IMG/VR virus record: IMGVR_UViG_3300031645_000001
Coordinates: 1-50,673 of that record
From: a virus
Taxonomy: Duplodnaviria; Caudoviricetes
Strand: one strand, 5' to 3'
Length of the DNA: 50,673 bases
This document shows positions 46,432 through 50,673 of the stretch, one piece after another (positions within the stretch are counted from its first letter, which is position 1; the number at the start of each line of letters is the position of its first letter). Both the position numbers and the translations under genes were made by a program. The notes under the pieces were generated by a model. The model was given only the letters and a program-made list of their open reading frames with translations, was not told the DNA's origin and made no database searches.

Positions 46432-46442
46432 TTATTATTCCC

Positions 46443-46467
46443 AGTTCGTCCGGAATTCGTACAATAT
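46443..46467. repeat. 25-bp dyad motif copy 23
   Basis: AGTTCGTCCGGAATTCGTACAATAT; overlaps TAA. Confidence 0.8.
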
Positions 46468-46787
46468 TATGGAGCTGCAGTTGTAGGTACCATAGTTGTA
46501 CAGTTTAAAGCTAGTGGATTGTTTACTATAAAGCTACACCATTGGCCAGTTAATCGTACTCCAGGATCAAATACTATACCTTGATATAGCCACTCACCAA
46601 CTTGATCAAGCTCACCTAGTGTGATGTCGTAGTATATACAGTTATCGTCTGTAGCACATAATATAGCAGCCCAGCACCCAGTCGTCCCATCAGGCTTCCT
46701 ATATCTAATCTGTAATGTATCGTAACCTGATAAGTCTAAATTTGTACAATAAGTTAATCTTGGAGTATCATTAACAAAGGTTTCCAT
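46467..46787 (-). CDS. BppU-N-like Ig-fold virion protein with short PTT tail
   Basis: DLSG...KPDG...W.A...LDQVGEW.YQ; ends TTMVPTTAAP. Confidence 0.65.
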   Translation of the reverse strand: METFVNDTPRLTYCTNLDLSGYDTLQIRYRKPDGTTGCWAAILCATDDNCIYYDITLGELDQVGEWLYQGIVFDPGVRLTGQWCSFIVNNPLALNCTTMVPTTAAP

Positions 46788-47970
46788 AGCATCTTAGTTC
46801 CTTAGTTATTATTGAATGACAGATTATTTCATCAACTATTATTGAATTACAAGTTTTTATACAAACTTCTGCATCACTAATTAAAGTAGTAGGCACTAGA
46901 GTAGTTGGAGGAATAGTTGTTGGCACTACTGTTGTAGGTGCAGAAGTAGTTACTATAGATGTTGTTGGCAATTGAGTTGTAGGCGCTGTAGTAGTAGGAA
47001 CGATAGTAGTGGGTGAGATAGTAGTGGGTGCAACTGTAGTAAGTAAGACAGTAGTCGGTGCGATAGTAGTAGGTAATAAACTAGTAGGTGCAGCTGTAGT
47101 TGGTACAACTGTTGTCACAGCTAAAGTAGTAGGTGCTAGAGTTGTCGGTGCTAAACTTGTGGGCGCTAACGTAGTAGGAGCCAAGGTAGTAGGTAAGATT
47201 GTAGTAGGGACTACTGTAGTAGGAGCTAAAGTAGTCGATAAGATAGTTGTTGGAGCTAAAGTAGTTGGAACAGTAGTTGTTGGATACACTGTAGTAGATA
47301 CTGGTGTAGTAGCTACAAATACTGTAGTAGGTGCAACAGTTGTCGGATATACTGTAGTTGGAGCTAATGTAGTCAGTAATAAAGTCGTGGGTGCAAGTGT
47401 CGTAGGTGCTAAGGTCGTTGGAGCAAGACTGGTTGGAGTTACAGTAGTTGGAGTCAGAGTAGTTGGAGCTAAGCTTGTCGGCGCAGCTGTGGTAGGTGCT
47501 GCAGTAGTCGTAGGTATTGGAGTAGTAGCTACTAGAGATGTAGTAGGTGAAATAGTTGTGTAGATAGGTGTAGTTGGAACAGGTGTCGTTGCAGGTGCTA
47601 TCGTAGTAGGCGTCACCGTTGTTGGTGCTAAGGTGGTAGGCGATAGTGAAGTGGGAGCTAAAGTGGTTGGAGTTGTGGTTGTAGGAACAGCTGTCGTTAC
47701 AAAATCAGCAACCACATCTTGAACTTCAATAATTGGAGCTGAAGTTGTGGGTGCCAAAGTAGTAGATGCTATAGTTGTAGGTGCTACTGTTGTAGAAGGT
47801 GATGTAGTAGGAGACTCAGCGTCTCTCAAAACCTCGATACATGCTTGTATGATATTGACAGAGGGATCGCCAGCCCTGAGTACCTCGACACAAGCTTGAG
47901 TGATATTGACAGAGGGATCGCCAGCCCTGAGTACCTCGACACAAGCTTGAGTGATTTTAATATCTGTCAC
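46771..47970 (-). CDS. Mucin-like Thr/Pro-rich virion protein
   Basis: About 300 aa of PTT(L/V/I)A-type pentapeptides; 17-aa N-terminal repeats; Cys-containing C-terminus. Confidence 0.8.
   Translation of the reverse strand: MTDIKITQACVEVLRAGDPSVNITQACVEVLRAGDPSVNIIQACIEVLRDAESPTTSPSTTVAPTTIASTTLAPTTSAPIIEVQDVVADFVTTAVPTTTTPTTLAPTSLSPTTLAPTTVTPTTIAPATTPVPTTPIYTTISPTTSLVATTPIPTTTAAPTTAAPTSLAPTTLTPTTVTPTSLAPTTLAPTTLAPTTLLLTTLAPTTVYPTTVAPTTVFVATTPVSTTVYPTTTVPTTLAPTTILSTTLAPTTVVPTTILPTTLAPTTLAPTSLAPTTLAPTTLAVTTVVPTTAAPTSLLPTTIAPTTVLLTTVAPTTISPTTIVPTTTAPTTQLPTTSIVTTSAPTTVVPTTIPPTTLVPTTLISDAEVCIKTCNSIIVDEIICHSIITKELRCYGNLC
47850..47951. repeat. Perfect 2 x 51-bp tandem repeat, with a partial third copy
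   Basis: 47850-47900 identical to 47901-47951; encodes TQACVEVLRAGDPSVNI. Confidence 0.95.
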
Positions 47971-49058
47971 GAACTTACCTCAACACCTATTTCCGCACCT
48001 GTTATATCAGCTTCCGCCCACGCTGCCGAATCGTCAGGATTAACCTGGTATACCTTCGCAAAAGTTTCATAATCAGTACTTGGGTCTACTTCGTCACTTT
48101 TATAATAAGTTCCGTTAGACCGGGTAAGAATCTTGGCTCCCTTAGCTCCAGCATCAGTTTTATTAATACAGATACAAAATTTAACTCCATAAATAGTGCC
48201 ACCTGAAGCCAATGACGGTAATGCATATGAATCTTGATGATCAACCGTATCGCTTGAATTATAAGTAGAATCGTCGTCAGGGGTAACATCATCTACATTT
48301 TCATAGTTGCTGCCAACGGAAGGGGTGAAATCTGCATCTGCACCTGCCCCATTTGGCCTGAGCACATCACATCGACAGTCACCAAGGAAATCGTTTTGAG
48401 GGGCATCACCTGCATTATCCATAATCCAGATGCAATCAAATGAAGTATCTAAATCATTATGGACTCCACCGAATTGAAACTGTCTTGCATAGACGTTTGC
48501 GCCTTCAAGAGTGTCTTGACCTGACAAATCTAATATCTGAGTGCCATCTAATTTGACTTCTACAGTTCCAGCACTGGCATGAATTAGAAGTTTCACTTCA
48601 AGATAATGCCATTTATAATCTTGAAGTGTTGCACCGGAGCTCGTTCCAAGCAAAGTTGTATTGCGATATGCTTTTAAATTATCACTTGAATCCCAACATA
48701 AATTCAGGTGATTATTTCCAGCTCCATCAGATATTCTAATAAATGGATATGAAGCACTTTCTGATGGAGCATCAGCGTTGTCTTTATAAAAAACAACTCC
48801 AACGATTACCGTAGCGGGTGATAATGTATTTACTAAGGTATATTTGAAATAAGCAGAAGTTCCATAATCTGTATTTGGTAATCTTAGTCCTATATTAGGA
48901 GATCCAAATCTACTATAGGCAGTACTAAAACCACCCTGAGGCAAATACCACTGAGTATTTTGAGATTCAACTGTTTCTGTGGAAACAGCATTAAAATCCG
49001 CAGAAGTACCATTATCATCTGCATAACTTCTAAAACCATCAAAGTGTAGTAAAGTCAT
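47967..49058 (-). CDS. LamG/ConA-like virion protein
   Basis: WHYLEVK...GTVEVKLDG...FDCIWI...FLGD pattern. Confidence 0.65.
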   Translation of the reverse strand: MTLLHFDGFRSYADDNGTSADFNAVSTETVESQNTQWYLPQGGFSTAYSRFGSPNIGLRLPNTDYGTSAYFKYTLVNTLSPATVIVGVVFYKDNADAPSESASYPFIRISDGAGNNHLNLCWDSSDNLKAYRNTTLLGTSSGATLQDYKWHYLEVKLLIHASAGTVEVKLDGTQILDLSGQDTLEGANVYARQFQFGGVHNDLDTSFDCIWIMDNAGDAPQNDFLGDCRCDVLRPNGAGADADFTPSVGSNYENVDDVTPDDDSTYNSSDTVDHQDSYALPSLASGGTIYGVKFCICINKTDAGAKGAKILTRSNGTYYKSDEVDPSTDYETFAKVYQVNPDDSAAWAEADITGAEIGVEVSS

Positions 49059-49084
49059 TATTTACCTATATATTAACAATATTA

Positions 49085-49109
49085 AGTTTGTCCGAATTTT
49101 GTACGTTCT
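49085..49109. repeat. 25-bp dyad motif copy 24
   Basis: AGTTTGTCCGAATTTTGTACGTTCT; overlaps TAA. Confidence 0.8.
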
Positions 49110-50673
49110 TATGCAGCAGATATTTTCACTTTAATCCATCCACTACATACAAAAGGTATTGTATAATCATGCCATATATCAGCTTCACAATTAACTTCTG
49201 AATTCCCTTGTTTATACTTTAATTCTGGATCACCAAATCCAGCATCATATTTATCTATAGTTAATCTAACTCTTCCTGACCCTATATGCCAAGTTTCTGA
49301 TTCTTCTGATTCTCCAGAGTCAAATAGTATTCTTTCAGTATCAGCTACACCAGCATCTACTATTTGACCTGTACCAGTCCAATTAACGTTAAAGTTTCTT
49401 ATATTATCCTCAACAACTCCAGTATCATGGCCCCAACAAACTGTTCCAATAGTAGGGGCACTTGTGGTAGGAACAAGTGAAGTTGGCGCTAAAGTTGTTG
49501 GTGCAAGTGTTGTTGGTGCTAGAGTAGTAGGGGCCGTTGTCGTGAGCGCTAAGGTTGTGGGAGCTAGAGAAGTTGGTGCAAGTGTAGTTGGACCTAAAGT
49601 AGTAGGAATACCTGTAGTTGGTGTTAACGTAGTAGGTGCTATTGTAGTCGGTGCAACCGTAGTCGGTGGCACTGTACCAGCGTCATCTCCACAAACCCCT
49701 ACAGAAAAATAATCACAGTCTCCATAACCATAATTGAGAGTGCTTGATGAAAATCTATGAGCAACCCAACCAGATCCAGTAACATCAGAATCGGTCTCAT
49801 CAATTAACCAAGTTCCTGGTTCAGCATCGCCATCTTCCCAGACACGAACCTTTAAACTTGTTCCTATAGCCCTAAATCTAATCCAGTACCAAGTGTCGTA
49901 ATCAACAGTAAAGGCTTCTGATTTTATTAAATAATCAAGAGCCCCACCTGTACGCTTACGAAGTTGAAGAACATCTGAATCAAATATGTGAGCTAAATAG
50001 CCAGAACAACTACCAACGCTACCAGATCCTCTAACCACTACACCGGTGGTTGAAGAATAACCATTATCTGATATTCTAGATTTACATAAAACTTCTACGT
50101 CTGTAGGAGCTCCAACATCATCCCAAGAAACTACACAATCAGTAGATTCATAGATTTTACATTCTAAACACTTACCTCCAATATCTCCATCATCTCGAAT
50201 AGTAAACCACTGATCTCCATTGTCCCATCTAAGTGTCCAATCCCCTGGAGTCAAATCAGTAGTATATTCACTAAAGTCAGTAACATAACTTGCAGGCGTA
50301 CAAGTAGTAGGTGCAACTGTTGTAGGTGCAAGACTTGTTGGTGCTAGAGTAGTCGGTGCCATTGTCGTAGGCGCCAACGTAGTAGGTGCTAAGCTTGTCG
50401 GAGCTAGTGTAGTAGGTTCCATGGTGGTAGGAGCTAACGTGGTAGGAGCTAATGTAGTAGGTTCTAATGTTGTAGGGCTTATAGTTGTAGGTGCTAACGT
50501 AGTGGGTGCAAGTGTCGTAGGGGCTAAGGTAGTAGGTGCTAATGTGGTCGGCACTGTGGTAGTTGGTGCACTAGTTGTGGGTACAACTGTTGTTCCACTC
50601 GCCGCCGCATAATCCAATATCGACCAAACCTTACCATACGACCACTGCTCAGTATCATCAGTAACACCAGAGT
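49109..50673 (-). CDS. Virion protein with a lectin-like domain between two mucin-like PTTLA stalks (540 aa including 1..131)
   Basis: PTTLA repeats at about 50303-50597 and 49460-49676; central domain homologous to 37880..38647. Confidence 0.8.
   Translation of the reverse strand, partial: SGVTDDTEQWSYGKVWSILDYAAASGTTVVPTTSAPTTTVPTTLAPTTLAPTTLAPTTLAPTTISPTTLEPTTLAPTTLAPTTMEPTTLAPTSLAPTTLAPTTMAPTTLAPTSLAPTTVAPTTCTPASYVTDFSEYTTDLTPGDWTLRWDNGDQWFTIRDDGDIGGKCLECKIYESTDCVVSWDDVGAPTDVEVLCKSRISDNGYSSTTGVVVRGSGSVGSCSGYLAHIFDSDVLQLRKRTGGALDYLIKSEAFTVDYDTWYWIRFRAIGTSLKVRVWEDGDAEPGTWLIDETDSDVTGSGWVAHRFSSSTLNYGYGDCDYFSVGVCGDDAGTVPPTTVAPTTIAPTTLTPTTGIPTTLGPTTLAPTSLAPTTLALTTTAPTTLAPTTLAPTTLAPTSLVPTTSAPTIGTVCWGHDTGVVEDNIRNFNVNWTGTGQIVDAGVADTERILFDSGESEESETWHIGSGRVRLTIDKYDAGFGDPELKYKQGNSEVNCEADIWHDYTIPFVCSGWIKVKISAA
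50601..50673. repeat. Terminal direct repeat (circular assembly overlap), copy 2
   Basis: Identical to 1-73. Confidence 0.97.

Noticed and set aside
47009-47563. Val/Gly-rich + strand ORFs (also 49464..49712 and 50421..50612)
   Set aside because: Antisense shadows of the PTT repeats; no RBS and opposite to the operon.
2430-48292. Short ORFs nested in or antisense to long genes (e.g. 2430..2624, 8349..8663, 18221..18613, 33048..33458)
   Set aside because: They overlap well-supported genes and lack RBSs or motifs.
2230-49109. 25-bp motif as CRISPR repeat or integron attC
   Set aside because: Copies are dispersed and degenerate with no spacer array; the ends read GTT...AAC, the reverse of attC, and no integrase is seen.

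Overview
The window is an apparently complete, circularly permuted dsDNA tailed-phage genome of 50,600 bp: bases 1-73 repeat exactly at 50601-50673, and one gene reads across the join. Gene order is podovirus-like (portal, scaffold, capsid, adaptor/hub, three ejection proteins, no tape measure), and the host is probably a peptidoglycan-containing bacterium. Two arms diverge from a control region at about 6950-7460. The + arm (7458-28069) holds small early genes, HNH pseudogene, ATP-dependent ligase, HIRAN, PD-(D/E)XK nuclease, AAA recombinase-like ATPase, SSB, dCMP deaminase, UDP-sulfoquinovose synthase (SqdB), ParB-DNA methyltransferase fusion, UDG-PolA fusion, ThyX and helicase. The - arm holds terS, epimerase, methyltransferase, glycosyltransferase, terL and the virion genes. 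Three things stand out. (1) A candidate phage-encoded mucin-type O-glycosylation system: a ppGalNAc-T-like (DxH/WGG) glycosyltransferase, epimerase and methyltransferase sit between terS and terL, SqdB sits on the other arm, and at least six virion/assembly proteins carry Pro-Thr-Thr mucin-like tracts. (2) A 25-bp dyad motif (consensus WGWTYGTHCRAWWWTYGDACRAWCW) occurs at least 24 times, never more than about 4.4 kb apart, often fused to stop codons and also inside genes. (3) A candidate programmed -1 frameshift would add a DDEIPF tail to the SSB. All calls come from reading sequence and motifs by eye; no database searches were run.
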